In this document: piece after piece, positions 63,225 through 64,000 of the stretch
How positions within the stretch are numbered: position 1 is the stretch's first letter
Layout: every line of letters starts with the position of its first letter
From: Candidatus Dormiibacterota bacterium
Lineage (GTDB): Bacteria > Chloroflexota > Dormibacteria > Aeolococcales > Aeolococcaceae
DNA length: 64,000 nucleotides
Reading direction: 5' to 3'
Assembly (NCBI GenBank): GCA_041691155.1
Contig: JBEPVD010000011.1
Coordinates: forward strand, 636-64,635
Notes under the pieces: generated by a model
What the model was told of the DNA's origin: nothing
What the model saw: the letters and a program-made list of their open reading frames with translations, nothing else
Databases searched by the model: none
Position numbers and translations under genes: made by a program

Positions 63225-64000
63225 ATGAAGGTGAGATCGGCTCGATCCTCAGACCTCAGTCTGGCCAGGCGGCTCGCTCGGTCATTCCTCGCCATCGGTC
63301 TGCTCATCGCCGCGACCCTCGGCTTGACTGGAATCTGCTTCGCCGCGGTCCTCGGCCATTACGAGCCCTCGATCAATGAGCTTCTTGCCGGCCGTGACGC
63401 CTTTGACCGATCGCATAACGGGATGCTCGATGAGGAGACCGGCATCCGCGCGTATCTCGACACCGGGTCTCAGGTATTCCTGACACCGTATTACCTTGGA
63501 CAGGTCGAGATCCGAGACGGTGACAGAGGATCACTGGGTCTCGCGACCCGCACCGAGCTGGTCGGGCCAATTCTCAACATGCGAATCGCGCAGCAGCGGT
63601 GGTTGAGTGAATGGGCGTCTCCCGCCCTGGCATTCGAGCGCGCGGTGACCAATCCGGCAGCCAAGCAGGCGTTCCTTCTGCAGGGCAAGGCGCTGTTCGA
63701 TACCTACCGTGCCAGCGACGACGTGGCGAACGCCGTCGTCGACGCCGACATCAGCACTCAGCAGGATGCCGAACACGACCTCGTGGTCATCATGCTCGGA
63801 GCGGTCGCGGCAGCCCTGCTCATCACCATGGCGGTCGCGCGCCGCCAACACCGCGGCTTGCGCAGAGCGGTGATCGAGCCCGTTGACGAGTTGCTGTCCA
63901 CCATGCGACGCGTCGGCTCCGGTGATCTCACCGCGCGACCGGGGACCAGCGGCCCACCAGAGCTCCGCGAAGTAGCATCCGAGCTCGCTCGGATGACCGA
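63225..64000 (+). CDS. CHASE3-HAMP sensor protein, truncated by the window end
   Basis: Own translation: TM, MLDEETGIRAYL...FLTPY (CHASE3), TM, PVDELLSTMRRVGSGDLTAR...EL (HAMP); not in the ORF track. Confidence 0.8.
   Translation, partial: MKVRSARSSDLSLARRLARSFLAIGLLIAATLGLTGICFAAVLGHYEPSINELLAGRDAFDRSHNGMLDEETGIRAYLDTGSQVFLTPYYLGQVEIRDGDRGSLGLATRTELVGPILNMRIAQQRWLSEWASPALAFERAVTNPAAKQAFLLQGKALFDTYRASDDVANAVVDADISTQQDAEHDLVVIMLGAVAAALLITMAVARRQHRGLRRAVIEPVDELLSTMRRVGSGDLTARPGTSGPPELREVASELARMT

Overview
High-GC bacterial chromosomal window, probably from a soil Terrabacteria lineage such as Ca. Dormibacterota, Chloroflexota or Actinomycetota (inferred from gene content, not proven). The core is a trace-gas chemolithoautotrophy block. 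A compact Calvin-cycle unit (cbbR, prk, red-type form IE-like cbbL, cbbS, cbbX; 13.2-18.2 kb) converges on a roughly 15 kb group 1h high-affinity [NiFe]-hydrogenase operon (hhySL, accessory genes, hypA/F/C/D/E; 20.4-35.2 kb). The hydrogenase operon is preceded by PadR and ATP-binding LuxR regulators and by gltBD. It also contains a cytoplasmic YceI lipid/quinone-binding protein flanked by two tiny hydrophobic proteins, a candidate quinone shuttle. Other notable items: a putative attenuator RNA with a leaderless Tyr-Phe leader peptide upstream of a DAHP synthase-chorismate mutase; a LacI-controlled catabolic regulon with visible twin promoters and operators (ABC importer, C-C hydrolase homologue, atypical M24 enzyme, TPP E1 without E2, SSADH, dehydrogenase); an orphan methylaspartate ammonia-lyase; a frameshifted fused ABC exporter; an SOS box before a UvrD-like helicase; and several apparently leaderless genes. 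I saw no rRNA, tRNA, CRISPR array or mobile element. Products are assigned from motifs read by eye; no database search was run.
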